64,000 nt of DNA, taken from contig JACOZP010000007.1 of the NCBI GenBank assembly GCA_016181265.1, positions 6,560 through 70,559 on the forward strand, in the 5' to 3' direction. The stretch is from Candidatus Woesearchaeota archaeon (GTDB lineage: Archaea; Nanobdellota; Nanobdellia; Woesearchaeales; GW2011-AR9). Below are positions 16,672 through 26,534 of the stretch, piece by piece. Each line of letters opens with the position of its first letter. Positions within the stretch are counted from its first letter, which is position 1. A program made the translations under genes and the position numbers. The notes below the pieces were generated by a model. It did not search any database and was not told the DNA's origin. It saw only the letters and a list, made by a program, of their open reading frames with translations.

Positions 16672-17694
16672 ATGGATTTTATGCTCTTCTTCAGAAGCCA
16701 ATTTTTCCCACTCTTTGTAGCCATTACAATTCTCGTCTGGATGATCATGCCTTATTGGATCAAACGCGCACAAAAAGCAGGCCTCACAGGCAAAGATATC
16801 CACAAAAATAACAACCACGTAGTAGCAGAAATGGGAGGAGTTGTTGTTCTGTTAGGATTTCTGATGGGAATTATGGGATACATCGCGATGCGCGTCTTTC
16901 TTCTCAAAGCAAATAGTAACATCGCTTCCATCCTCGCTGTTCTCACGGCCATCCTCATCGCTGGCATTATCGGCATCATTGATGACATCCTCGGATGGAA
17001 AATCGGCTTACGTCAATGGCAGAAACCTCTTCTAACCCTATTCGTCGCCGCTCCAATCATGGCAGTCAATGCGGGAACACGTCTGATGCACATCCCCTTT
17101 CTCGGCCTCACCGATCTAGGAAGCCTTTATCCTCTAATCATCATTCCAGGAATCATTTTAATGACTACCAATGGTTTCAACATGCTTGCGGGATACAACG
17201 GATTAGAGACCGGACAAGGGATTATTATTCTCACTACTCTCGCTTATTTCGCAGCTGTCACCGGTTCCTCTTGGACTGCTGTTGTCGCGTTGTGTATGGT
17301 TGCGGCTCTTCTTGGTATGCTCATCTTTAACAAATACCCCACGTCAGTTTTTCCCGGAGACACGTTGACGTATTCCGTCGGAGCGCTCGCCGGAATTATT
17401 GCGATCATGGCTAATTTAGAGAAAGTGATCATCATCCTCTTCATCCCTTATATTCTCGAATTTATCCTTAAATTACGTGGTAAATTCCAAATAGAGAGTT
17501 TCACTCAGGTGCAAGAAGATGGAACGCTAAAACCACGTTACGAAAAGAATTATGGGCTAGAACATCTCGCCGTTCGCATCTTAAACAAACTAAAGATCAA
17601 AACGACTGAACGAAAAGTAGTCTATCTTCTCCACAGCTTCCAGCTCTGTTTTGTAGTCATCACTCTCATCACTTCCCGAGGTCTACTGATATGA
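16672..17694 (+). CDS. aglH: UDP-GlcNAc:dolichyl-phosphate GlcNAc-1-phosphotransferase family (GT4 MraY/WecA/ALG7-like)
   Basis: 340 aa, polytopic. Motifs IIGIIDDILG, NGFNMLAGYNGLETG and VFPGDTLTY are typical of the GPT/AglH family. Confidence 0.75.
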   Translation: MDFMLFFRSQFFPLFVAITILVWMIMPYWIKRAQKAGLTGKDIHKNNNHVVAEMGGVVVLLGFLMGIMGYIAMRVFLLKANSNIASILAVLTAILIAGIIGIIDDILGWKIGLRQWQKPLLTLFVAAPIMAVNAGTRLMHIPFLGLTDLGSLYPLIIIPGIILMTTNGFNMLAGYNGLETGQGIIILTTLAYFAAVTGSSWTAVVALCMVAALLGMLIFNKYPTSVFPGDTLTYSVGALAGIIAIMANLEKVIIILFIPYILEFILKLRGKFQIESFTQVQEDGTLKPRYEKNYGLEHLAVRILNKLKIKTTERKVVYLLHSFQLCFVVITLITSRGLLI

Positions 17695-18710
17695 AAATGG
17701 TTACTAATCTGAAAACAGAAGAGCTTCATCTTGTCGTACTTATCCCCGCTTATAATGAAGAAAAGACGATCGGCAACGTTATCCGTTCCATTCCTCGCGA
17801 TTGCGCGAGAAAAGTAGAAGTTCTCGTTCTTAACGATGGCTCTCAAGATCATACTATTCATGTTGCCAAAGAAGCCGGTGCGGATCGTATCGTTTCTCAC
17901 AACACCAACAAAGGGCTAGGGATTACGTTCCGTGATGGCATTGACGAAGCACTGAAGATGGGAGCAGACATTATCGTCAACATTGATGCTGACGGCCAAT
18001 TTAACCCCTTAGACATCCCGCGTCTTATTCAACCCATCGTAGACCACAAAGCAGACATGGCTACATGTTCACGATTCAAAGATCCGCGTCTGACACCAAA
18101 GATGCCTGCAATTAAAATCTTTGGCAATAAATTCTTCGCTAGAATTCTTAATCTTTTCCTTAAGAAAAAGTATTACGATACCCAATGTGGTTTCCGTGCC
18201 TATTCAAAAGAAGCAGCATTAAACCTTGTTCTTTTCGGGCGGTTTACCTATACTCAAGAAGTGTTCATCGATCTCGTCAAGAAAGGCTTTCGCATCATCG
18301 AAGTTCCTTGCCGCGTCATCGGTGAGCGGAAAGGAAAATCACGCGTCGTCAAGAATGTCTTCTCCTACGGATTAAAAGTATCGCTCATCATCCTTCGTAG
18401 TATGCGTGATTACGAGCCTTTCAAGTTCTTTGGGCTCACCGGAGTCTTTCTCTTTTTACTCGGATCGTTCAGCAGCTTTATCCTTTTCATCCGCTGGCTT
18501 CTCATCGGTCGTATCGATCCTTACCTTATCGTTGTTTACGCCAACGTCTTCCTTATCATCATCGGCGTTCTGTTGATGATTCTTGCCCTTATCGCGGATA
18601 TGCTCGATCGCAACCGTAAACTACAAGAAGACGTCCTCTGCCGCTTAAGGAAACAGGAGTTAGTGATGAACAAACAAGCTGCCGACTTACAACACAAACA
18701 GAGGAAATAG
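17691..18710 (+). CDS. GT2 polyprenyl-phosphate sugar synthase (Dpm1/GtrB-like) with C-terminal TM helices
   Basis: 339 aa with an ATGA overlap to aglH. Motifs VLIPAYNEE, VLNDGSQDHT, NIDADGQ and QCGFRAY are followed by 2 C-terminal TM helices. Confidence 0.75.
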   Translation: MKMVTNLKTEELHLVVLIPAYNEEKTIGNVIRSIPRDCARKVEVLVLNDGSQDHTIHVAKEAGADRIVSHNTNKGLGITFRDGIDEALKMGADIIVNIDADGQFNPLDIPRLIQPIVDHKADMATCSRFKDPRLTPKMPAIKIFGNKFFARILNLFLKKKYYDTQCGFRAYSKEAALNLVLFGRFTYTQEVFIDLVKKGFRIIEVPCRVIGERKGKSRVVKNVFSYGLKVSLIILRSMRDYEPFKFFGLTGVFLFLLGSFSSFILFIRWLLIGRIDPYLIVVYANVFLIIIGVLLMILALIADMLDRNRKLQEDVLCRLRKQELVMNKQAADLQHKQRK

Positions 18711-18713
18711 AAA

Positions 18714-20612
18714 ATGTGCGGCATCTGCGGCTTCAACGGAGAGGATCAGAAACTATTACAAGAGATGAACACACTTCTCATCCATCGTGGTCCCGACGCC
18801 GCGGGAACGTACAGCGATGGAAAGATGAGCCTTGGCCACCGCCGCCTATCCATTATTGACCTTTCACCTGCCGGTAAACAGCCGATGAGTAACGAAGACC
18901 AGACCATCTGGATCACGTTTAACGGCGAGATCTATAATTTTCAAGAGCTCCGTAAAGAATTAGAAAAGCGCGGCCACTCATTCTCATCCAACACCGACAC
19001 TGAAACGATTGTTCACGGCTATGAAGAATGGGGAGAGAAGATCATTCAAAAATTGAATGGGATGTTCGCGTTTGCGTTATGGGACACAAAGACAGAAACA
19101 CTCTTTCTCGCCCGCGATCGATTGGGGGTAAAACCACTCTATTACTTTTGGAACGGGACAAGATTCGCCTTCGCCTCCGAGATTAAATCCCTTCTCGCAG
19201 ATCAGACCATTCCCCGCCAGCTAAATCAAAATGCGTTGCAGCAATATCTCAATCTCCGCTACATTCCTGGAGATGAAACGCTATTTCAGCAGATTAAAAT
19301 CCTTCCTCCCGGACACACGATCACTCTTCATGGTAAAGAATGTATCATCAAAAAATATTGGGATCTCTCTGTTCAGCAAAATGGAAAGATCGGTACTGCA
19401 ACAGAGATTCGTGATCGTCTTCTGGAATCAGTTCGTAAACGCCTCCTCGCAGATGTTCCCGTCGGAGTCTATCTCTCCGGCGGCATCGATTCCGCAGGCA
19501 TAACTGCTCTTGCCGCTCAGCTTAAGCAAGAACAAGCAGTAAAGACCTTCTCTGTCGGTTTTGACCACAGCAACGAAGTTGATGAATTATCCAAAGCGAA
19601 AAAAATTGCTCAGCATTGCAACACAGACCATACCGAGATTATCGTCAACGGCAGCGTCGTAGAATTGCTCCCTAAATTAATATGGCATCTGGATCAGCCT
19701 CACGGAGATCCTGTGATCATCCCACAGTTCCATCTCTCACAAAAAGCCAAAGAAAAAGCTACCGTCGTTCTGTCTGGAGAAGGTGCAGATGAGATTTTCG
19801 GAGGGTATGTTCAATACAAAACGATGCTCACCGCACAGAAAATTCGAAAAGTTCCATCATGGATCGGCAAAACAACGATCCAATGCCTTCCTATTAAGCT
19901 CCTCGATCGACTTTTTGATTATCCTTCATCCATCGGCGAGAAAGGAAAAGAGAAACTCTTTGATTTTATCGGGAACCTCGACCACGAGGAAAAGGCATAT
20001 CACGACATCATCTCTATCCTCAGCGATAAGGACCGAAAAAAACTGTTCAAAAATAGAGAATTAAATTCAGAGAAACAGAGACCGATCCCTTACCCTCACG
20101 ACCGCCAGCCACTTCTTCATCGTATGATGTATTATGACACAAAAACTTGGTTGCCAAACTATGTCCTCTTCATCAACGATCGGATGACGATGGCTAACGG
20201 CATCGAAGGGAGGACACCATTTCTAGACTACACTTTCGTCGAGCACGTCCATCAACTCCATAATTCTCTTAAAATCAATCCGCCACAAAATAAAGTGGTC
20301 TTACGAGAAGCGCTCAAGCCCTTGCTTCCTCGCGAGATCGTAGAAGGAAAGAAACACGCTTTTTTCACCCCCTTAGATAGATGGTATAAAGAAGAATTAA
20401 AAGGCTTAGCAGAACAGCTTTTTACACCATCCTCCGTAAAAGCAAGAGGTCTCTACAACTATGACTATCTTAGAAATATTTGGGAGAAATACCCGAAATC
20501 ACCATTACTGTATGGAAAACAACTCTTTACCATCATTAATTTAGAATTATGGCAAAGACAATTCCTAGAACAAGAAAAAATAACTCCTCTCAAACTTAAA
20601 AATATTCTCTAA
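18714..20612 (+). CDS. asnB: asparagine synthetase B-type glutamine amidotransferase
   Basis: 632 aa. It has the N-terminal MCGI Ntn nucleophile and the SGGIDS PP-loop. Confidence 0.85.
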   Translation: MCGICGFNGEDQKLLQEMNTLLIHRGPDAAGTYSDGKMSLGHRRLSIIDLSPAGKQPMSNEDQTIWITFNGEIYNFQELRKELEKRGHSFSSNTDTETIVHGYEEWGEKIIQKLNGMFAFALWDTKTETLFLARDRLGVKPLYYFWNGTRFAFASEIKSLLADQTIPRQLNQNALQQYLNLRYIPGDETLFQQIKILPPGHTITLHGKECIIKKYWDLSVQQNGKIGTATEIRDRLLESVRKRLLADVPVGVYLSGGIDSAGITALAAQLKQEQAVKTFSVGFDHSNEVDELSKAKKIAQHCNTDHTEIIVNGSVVELLPKLIWHLDQPHGDPVIIPQFHLSQKAKEKATVVLSGEGADEIFGGYVQYKTMLTAQKIRKVPSWIGKTTIQCLPIKLLDRLFDYPSSIGEKGKEKLFDFIGNLDHEEKAYHDIISILSDKDRKKLFKNRELNSEKQRPIPYPHDRQPLLHRMMYYDTKTWLPNYVLFINDRMTMANGIEGRTPFLDYTFVEHVHQLHNSLKINPPQNKVVLREALKPLLPREIVEGKKHAFFTPLDRWYKEELKGLAEQLFTPSSVKARGLYNYDYLRNIWEKYPKSPLLYGKQLFTIINLELWQRQFLEQEKITPLKLKNIL

Positions 20613-20629
20613 AGATCAGAACAGATGCT

Positions 20630-21379
20630 ATGGACAATCACGATCAGAAAACGCGTATCATGACCATCGACCTTGAGCCAGATCTAGGCTCACGAGAGTG
20701 TAAGAGTATACACTCTGTCGTCCCGCGCTTATTAGATTTCTGTGACCATCATAAGATTAAAGCGACGTTCTTCACCGTCACCTCTCTCCTAGAGAAATAC
20801 GAATCAGAAATCAAAGAGATCGCGAAAAAACATGAGATCGCTTCACATTCTCATACTCACCATGCATTGAACCCCGTCAACGCCAGATGGGAAATCGAAA
20901 ATTCAAGAAGAGTATTGAAAGAGTACAGCCTCACGGCATTCGGCTTTCGTGCGCCGATGTTTATCACAACAAAGGACCACCTCCAACTCGTCAAAGATGC
21001 AGGCTACTCATATGATGCTTCATTCGCTCGCTACCTGCCGACACGCTATCAAAATCTGACCTTACCAGGCAAACCCTTTGTCAAAGAAGGGATTGTTGAA
21101 TTTCCTACACCGAATTTTACTTACCCTATCTTAAACTCGGGATTGCCCTATCTCAAAGCATTCCATCCCCTTTCAAAAGCATTCCCAAAACCGTACCTGT
21201 TCTATCTCCACCCTTGGGAATTTTTAGAGAGAGATCATCTGAAAGGAAATACCTTTCTTACCCGTAACTGTGGAGAAAGAGCATGGTCTATTTTTGAAAA
21301 GTATATTGAACGTTGCGGGGGAAAGTGGATTAACTGTAAAAGGTGGATGGAAGAAGAAAAATCTAAAGAAAAGAGATAA
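20630..21379 (+). CDS. polysaccharide deacetylase (CE4/NodB-homology)
   Basis: 249 aa. Motifs MTIDLEPD, KATFFTV and ASHSHTHH are present. Confidence 0.7.
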   Translation: MDNHDQKTRIMTIDLEPDLGSRECKSIHSVVPRLLDFCDHHKIKATFFTVTSLLEKYESEIKEIAKKHEIASHSHTHHALNPVNARWEIENSRRVLKEYSLTAFGFRAPMFITTKDHLQLVKDAGYSYDASFARYLPTRYQNLTLPGKPFVKEGIVEFPTPNFTYPILNSGLPYLKAFHPLSKAFPKPYLFYLHPWEFLERDHLKGNTFLTRNCGERAWSIFEKYIERCGGKWINCKRWMEEEKSKEKR

Positions 21380-21385
21380 AATTAC

Positions 21386-22426
21386 TCAAATCCCTAATTC
21401 TTTCCTCAAACGATGCCCGATCCTCTTCGTCAGCCATAATGGCATCATTTTCCACGCCGCAACAAAAAGCCGATACTTCGCGTGATGCGGATCAACAATG
21501 GGAACATCTTTTCCATTCCACATCACGAAATAAGAGGGCAAATCTAAAAGCATCGGCCCCCATTTCTGTTTGTATTCAAATTGGCCAGACTCATCACGAA
21601 CTCGTCCAAAATCAAACCAAACAAAATTATTCACACAGGCCCAACGAATAAATTCCCAATGGACCGCATCATTCGGACGTAGCTCTTGAAACAGAGGATC
21701 AGAAATAGCGATGATAATATGAACACGATCACGATAACAAAGACCAAAAAGCGCAGCAATTAATTTCCCCGTACTTTTTTCATACGCTCCTAGAATCTTA
21801 CCTAACTTTTTGTCAACTAGTTGAAGATAAAATTGTCTAAAATAATCAATGCCATAACAAGGACTACCGAAACGCCGCATATTTTCGACGTAGAGATCAT
21901 AAAGCACGTCCATCTCAGAAACAGAAATATCCCGCACTTCTACCAGATCTCCAGCTTTCCTGATCGCTTTGCGTTTCGACTTTTGAATATTATTCCAGAC
22001 AACATCCTCACTACCCACCTTCAACACAAAGCGCTTGTATAGATCACTTCTCAGAGTCAAAGAACCTAAGATCATATCAAACGCCTCCACCCCACCCCTG
22101 ATTTCCAAATAATCAAAAGAACGATCATACTTCTCACGCAGAGCAGATAAAATTGGTTCGATTCCTTCATTGTCACCGGCAAAACCACCGTATTCCAGAT
22201 ACGCCGTTGAAATGATTCGATTACCAAAGAGAGTACTCTTTACCTCTACAAACGGAAAAACAGTCTTGGCCTCGCCATTATCAATAGCAACCGCAAAGAG
22301 ATAATGGCAGGAAAACGCTGCAGAGATAAATCCAGCATAAGCAGAAGTATGAAAGATCAGATGCTCATTCTTTATCAAGAAATAAGAAAGCCGCTCATCT
22401 TCCGGAGATACGAATTCAACGTTCAA
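21386..22426 (-). CDS. FemAB-like / Acetyltransf_6 (GNAT-fold) transferase, paralog A
   Basis: The region homologous to the 350-aa paralogs at 40659-41711 and 41727-42779 begins at a TTG at 22426, which overlaps the upstream TGA (TTGA). The 73-codon N-terminal extension in the track ORF is antisense-overlap noise. The C-terminus reads RPNDAVHWEFIRWA..FDFGRV..FEYKQKWG. Confidence 0.6.
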   Translation of the reverse strand: MNVEFVSPEDERLSYFLIKNEHLIFHTSAYAGFISAAFSCHYLFAVAIDNGEAKTVFPFVEVKSTLFGNRIISTAYLEYGGFAGDNEGIEPILSALREKYDRSFDYLEIRGGVEAFDMILGSLTLRSDLYKRFVLKVGSEDVVWNNIQKSKRKAIRKAGDLVEVRDISVSEMDVLYDLYVENMRRFGSPCYGIDYFRQFYLQLVDKKLGKILGAYEKSTGKLIAALFGLCYRDRVHIIIAISDPLFQELRPNDAVHWEFIRWACVNNFVWFDFGRVRDESGQFEYKQKWGPMLLDLPSYFVMWNGKDVPIVDPHHAKYRLFVAAWKMMPLWLTKRIGHRLRKELGI

Positions 22427-22779
22427 ATGGTCGCACCCCACCCCAGCAGAATAATTCCCATCATAATGAACAGGATTCCCAACCACCGATAAGACGTAAT
22501 TCTTTCTTGAAGAAAATAAACCGACAAGAAAGCAACCCAGACATAGCTTAGCGCTGCAAACGGGTATAAGAAAGAAAGATCCCCAAAGCGCAACGCAAAC
22601 ACGAACAAAAGGGCAGATAACCCATAGAAAAGAAGACCACCACATAAGTAAGGTGAAATCAATGAGGAGTGATATCCTTTTTTTCGGGAGATAGAGAACT
22701 TAAGGAAAAGGGCGCCAACAGCACCAACAAACGTGCTTAACACCGTCAGACCAATTCCCCAGCCGAGACCCTCAACCAT
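22423..22779 (-). CDS. small 4-TM EamA/DMT-type protein (ArnE/ArnF-size)
   Basis: 118 aa, 4 TM helices. ALRFGDLSFLYPFAALSYVW is the EamA half-domain signature. Confidence 0.65.
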   Translation of the reverse strand: MVEGLGWGIGLTVLSTFVGAVGALFLKFSISRKKGYHSSLISPYLCGGLLFYGLSALLFVFALRFGDLSFLYPFAALSYVWVAFLSVYFLQERITSYRWLGILFIMMGIILLGWGATI

Positions 22780-22783
22780 AGAG

Positions 22784-23146
22784 TTAACTTCCTCCTCCCC
22801 CTATAAAGATAATCCCAAACACAATAAGAATAATTGCAGCAATCTTAAAGCTATTTAAGACTTCATGAAAGATAGTCACCGCAATAATCAAGACCCAAAC
22901 AAAAGTCAGAGCAATAAAAGGATATAATTGGGAGAGATCGCCATGCCGTAACGCGAAGATAAGCAACAGCGAGCCCATACCATAAAAGAAAAAACCAATG
23001 ATCAGGGGATAGTTCAACAAAATGCCTTGGATGCTTAAAGAAAAAGAACGAGCACCGAGTTTGAAGAAGAGCTGTCCGAAAGCAGTAAACAAAGTGCAGA
23101 GAACCATCAAGATTATTCCCCTTCGTAACGAGCGAGAATGACTCAT
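22784..23146 (-). CDS. small 4-TM EamA/DMT-type protein (ArnE/ArnF-size)
   Basis: 120 aa, 4 TM helices. It carries ALRHGDLSQLYPFIALTFVW and is paired with the preceding gene. Confidence 0.65.
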   Translation of the reverse strand: MSHSRSLRRGIILMVLCTLFTAFGQLFFKLGARSFSLSIQGILLNYPLIIGFFFYGMGSLLLIFALRHGDLSQLYPFIALTFVWVLIIAVTIFHEVLNSFKIAAIILIVFGIIFIGGGGS

Positions 23147-23148
23147 TA

Positions 23149-24216
23149 TTACCTTCCCCCGTAATATTCATTCAAGATAGAAATAATCCTTTCCACTTCC
23201 CTCTTTGGACGATATAACGCTAACGTGAGATGTTCTTGCTCTGCGCGGGATGCTTTCGGATTTCCTCGCTCAAAACAACGGAATGTACGCATCACCCCGA
23301 ATTCAACACCTCTCTTCTCCAGATGTCGTTGCACCGCGGCTCGATCGTTCTCCAATAACACAACATATAATGCTCCATCATGAACATTCCCTCGCAGAAG
23401 CGGGACGCTAGATATCAACTTCTCCTTAAACAAAATTGCATTTCTTCGTCTTAATGCTAATATCCGATCATAACGTCGCCATTGATGAAGAACTACTCGT
23501 CGAGCATAGGACGAATAACCATATGTTAATGGTTCTTGCTTTCTGCTCAACTCATCGCGTAGCAGAGGCTTAAACAGATCGTAGAATAAAGACGAAAAAA
23601 AGAAGGGGGATACTATTGTCCTCACCACAGCTTCGCGAACATGACGAAGAGGTAGCGGTGGCATCCGAGGAAGAATCATTTTCTCTTTACTGGCAATCAA
23701 CCCCCCACAAAAACCAATATTTTTACTCAAGCCAAAAGAATAGACAGCATAAGAACCAAAGCCGCCAACAAGTTGATTATTCCAACGTGCTCCGAGTGCC
23801 TGAGCACAATCCTCAATGAGAATAACATCTCGACGCTTACATGCTGCGGCGATGACATCCATCTCTGGCACAAATCCAAAATTATAAGTTATCAATAAAG
23901 CATCAACACGTGGCAACACCCGGATGATATCCGCAGGATCAGCCACAACACCACAATCATAGAAGACTGGGACACAACCACTACGACGAACAGCGTCGAG
24001 CACAACTTGACAAGTGAAAGTGGGAACGCCAATCCTACTTACCTCTTTTTCAACACGACAATGTGATAAAACCAGCCGTAACGCCTCTCTTCCCGATCCA
24101 GTCCAATAATGAAAAGGAAGTTCCACCAAACGATGGAGGGCCGATGTAGGCTGAGGTAAGAAAGCAGCAGCCAAATCTCCCCATTGCGGCGTAATTCGTT
24201 GCTGACTGAATAACAT
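23149..24216 (-). CDS. DegT/DnrJ/EryC1-like PLP aminotransferase-fold protein, paralog A
   Basis: The ATG at 24216 (M20 of the track ORF) avoids a divergent overlap with 24272. It has IEDCAQALGA and YSFGLSKNIG (candidate PLP lysine). Confidence 0.55.
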   Translation of the reverse strand: MLFSQQRITPQWGDLAAAFLPQPTSALHRLVELPFHYWTGSGREALRLVLSHCRVEKEVSRIGVPTFTCQVVLDAVRRSGCVPVFYDCGVVADPADIIRVLPRVDALLITYNFGFVPEMDVIAAACKRRDVILIEDCAQALGARWNNQLVGGFGSYAVYSFGLSKNIGFCGGLIASKEKMILPRMPPLPLRHVREAVVRTIVSPFFFSSLFYDLFKPLLRDELSRKQEPLTYGYSSYARRVVLHQWRRYDRILALRRRNAILFKEKLISSVPLLRGNVHDGALYVVLLENDRAAVQRHLEKRGVEFGVMRTFRCFERGNPKASRAEQEHLTLALYRPKREVERIISILNEYYGGR

Positions 24217-24233
24217 GAAACCCTTTTTCACAA

Positions 24234-24250
24234 AGCTATTTAAATAAGTT
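24234..24250. promoter_or_regulatory. shared (bidirectional) TATA-like box between divergent genes
   Basis: AGCTATTTAAATAAGTT lies about 30 nt from the ATG at 24272 (+) and about 26 nt from the ATG at 24216 (-). Confidence 0.4.
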
Positions 24251-24271
24251 GCGGAGTAAAAAACACAAACC

Positions 24272-25423
24272 ATGAAAATCTGTTACGTTAATCCTACAAA
24301 CAACATCCGCCGTCCTATTGCTGAGCTTTCCGAAATTCTCGCCAAAGAAGGTTATCAAGTAAGTATCATGTTCCCTCTCAGTGCTGATTGCCCGACAAAA
24401 AACTGGGTCGCCAACGATCGCATAGAAAAAAATCAGATCACCCGCCTCCCGGTAAAGTCTTGGTATTTTTCCTCACTACGCTATTCTTTCCCAAATCTTG
24501 TCCATCTTTGGAAAACGACGCAAAAAATCTTTAAAGAGAATGATCGTGTTCATATCTGGGAATATTACTACCCTATTTCTGTCTTCCCTCTTCTCTATGC
24601 ACTGTTCACTGGAAACAGGAAGAAAGTGATTCTGACCACAGATGGTTTCGTCGGTTACTCCTATAAGCCAAAAAAGCCGCGCTGGCTTACTCCAGCATTC
24701 AAACTATACACTCAACTCTTCGCCCGTTTCCTCTTCAAGATTCCACAAAAGATGACGACGTACGGCAAAGTGCTGATTCCCCACGCTAGAAAAGCAGGCG
24801 TGCCCATTCATAAGCTGCAAGTTCTTCCTACGGGGATCCATCTCACCCGCTTCCAAAATATCTCCGAAGAGAAAGTAGGCGCGCTAAAAAAAGAATTTAA
24901 CATCAACGATGAAAAAATCATCTTCTACGCAGGAATGTTAACAGAACGCAAAGGCATAGACAAGATTATCAACATCAGCACCCAGCTGTTAGACGAAGGA
25001 ATGAACATCAAGACACTTCTTGTTGGAGATGCCCATGGAGAGAACACATTCCAGAAACTTGTTCCGGAGAAATACAAAGATAAGATTATCTTCACCGGCG
25101 GAAGAAAAGATATCCCCGAATTTATGAAACTATCACACGTTCTCCTCCTTCCGAGCGAAGGCGAAGGACTTCCAGGAGTTGTCATGGAAGCGATGGCTGC
25201 CGGCTTACCCGTCGTTGCGACAGACGAAGGATGCACGCCGGATTTGATCGAAAGTGGAAAAGAAGGATATCTAGCTCAAAGAGAAAACACTGATGAGTAT
25301 CGTGAGGCAGTAAAGAGAATAATCAAAGAAAAGAAGACAATAGAAAGTCGGAATAAAATCAGCCAATTCTCTTGGCAAGAAATCAAAAAGCAATATCTCT
25401 CACTCTATGGAGAAGCAAGATGA
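24272..25423 (+). CDS. GT4 (group 1) glycosyltransferase
   Basis: 383 aa. The C-terminal EGEGLPGVVMEAMAAGLPVVAT is the E-x7-E motif. Confidence 0.8.
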   Translation: MKICYVNPTNNIRRPIAELSEILAKEGYQVSIMFPLSADCPTKNWVANDRIEKNQITRLPVKSWYFSSLRYSFPNLVHLWKTTQKIFKENDRVHIWEYYYPISVFPLLYALFTGNRKKVILTTDGFVGYSYKPKKPRWLTPAFKLYTQLFARFLFKIPQKMTTYGKVLIPHARKAGVPIHKLQVLPTGIHLTRFQNISEEKVGALKKEFNINDEKIIFYAGMLTERKGIDKIINISTQLLDEGMNIKTLLVGDAHGENTFQKLVPEKYKDKIIFTGGRKDIPEFMKLSHVLLLPSEGEGLPGVVMEAMAAGLPVVATDEGCTPDLIESGKEGYLAQRENTDEYREAVKRIIKEKKTIESRNKISQFSWQEIKKQYLSLYGEAR

Positions 25424-26487
25424 ATAGAAGCAAGCTTGAAAGAAAGAAGGAAGGAATTCTCTTTGTCACGCTTTCAGATAAGAATACCATTGACAATTCC
25501 ATTCACCAATACATTCTAAAAGAACTTCAGGAGAGATTTAACACAGTCACAGTATTCTGTCGTGGAGAAAAATCCACACACAGCGAAAAGAATATTACTT
25601 ATTATAGTGGAAATTTCATGAACTGGTTCAAAAACCTTAAGGATATCAAAAATATTAAAATAGTGTACATAAATGATTTCTTTGTAGGTGGTATATTCGG
25701 AATTTTAGCAAAGAAAATGAAAAAAGCGAGTTTAGTCTTTCGTTGTGGAAGTCCTTGGAAATACGAGGGAAAATCACTGAGTGTAATTCTTAAAACAGCA
25801 ATCGTCATGTTTACAAAACCAATCGTCATCAAAAGTTGTAAGAGAGTTGCCTATAATTCACACTCGATAATCCAGAAAAAATACAAACATCAATGGAATG
25901 TAGTATATAACGGCGTTGATATCAATTTATTTAAACCAAAGAAAATTGAAGAGGATCAGAAAAGCCGAAAACTAAACCTCTTGTTTATCGGCCGTATCAT
26001 AAAAGAAAAAGGGCTCCCCTATCTCTTGGAAGGAATGAGTAAACTTAGTGATATCGCAACCCTTGATCTCATCGGAGATGGCCCACTGATTGAGCACTAT
26101 CGTCAGAAATATCCATCAGTCAATTTCCTTGGAAGAGCAAGAAATTCTGATCTCCCAGAAATGATTGCGGAGAGGGATGTTGTCATTCTTCCTTCATTAA
26201 CCAAGAGCTCAGAATCATTTCCAAATGTTCTCCTCGAAGCAATGGCTTGTGGTAAACCAGTAATTGGAACTAGAGTCTGGGGGATACCTGAAATCATCGA
26301 TGACACAGTGAATGGTTTTCTGGTGAAAGAACGAGATGTTGCTTCAATAATTGAGGCAGTTCATAAGATAAAAGATCCTCTACAACAAGAACAAATGGGC
26401 CAGAGAGCAAGAGAAAAGGTGGTTCAACACTTTGAGCTAAGTAAACAGATAAATGATCTTTGTGATTATCTTATCGACGAAGATTAA
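25420..26487 (+). CDS. GT4 (group 1) glycosyltransferase
   Basis: The ATG at 25420 forms an ATGA overlap with the upstream stop. It carries SESFPNVLLEAMACGKPVIGT. Confidence 0.8.
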   Translation: MNRSKLERKKEGILFVTLSDKNTIDNSIHQYILKELQERFNTVTVFCRGEKSTHSEKNITYYSGNFMNWFKNLKDIKNIKIVYINDFFVGGIFGILAKKMKKASLVFRCGSPWKYEGKSLSVILKTAIVMFTKPIVIKSCKRVAYNSHSIIQKKYKHQWNVVYNGVDINLFKPKKIEEDQKSRKLNLLFIGRIIKEKGLPYLLEGMSKLSDIATLDLIGDGPLIEHYRQKYPSVNFLGRARNSDLPEMIAERDVVILPSLTKSSESFPNVLLEAMACGKPVIGTRVWGIPEIIDDTVNGFLVKERDVASIIEAVHKIKDPLQQEQMGQRAREKVVQHFELSKQINDLCDYLIDED

Positions 26488-26534
26488 TTGCAAAAGTATT
26501 AAATATTAACATAGGAGAATTAAAAATCAAGAAG

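Noticed and set aside
22427-22645. 73-codon N-terminal extension of the Fem-like ORF (MWWSSFLWVICPF...).
   Set aside because: It fully overlaps the mini-DMT gene 22423-22779 in another frame, is Cys/Phe-rich antisense-type noise, and has no counterpart in the two 350-aa paralogs.
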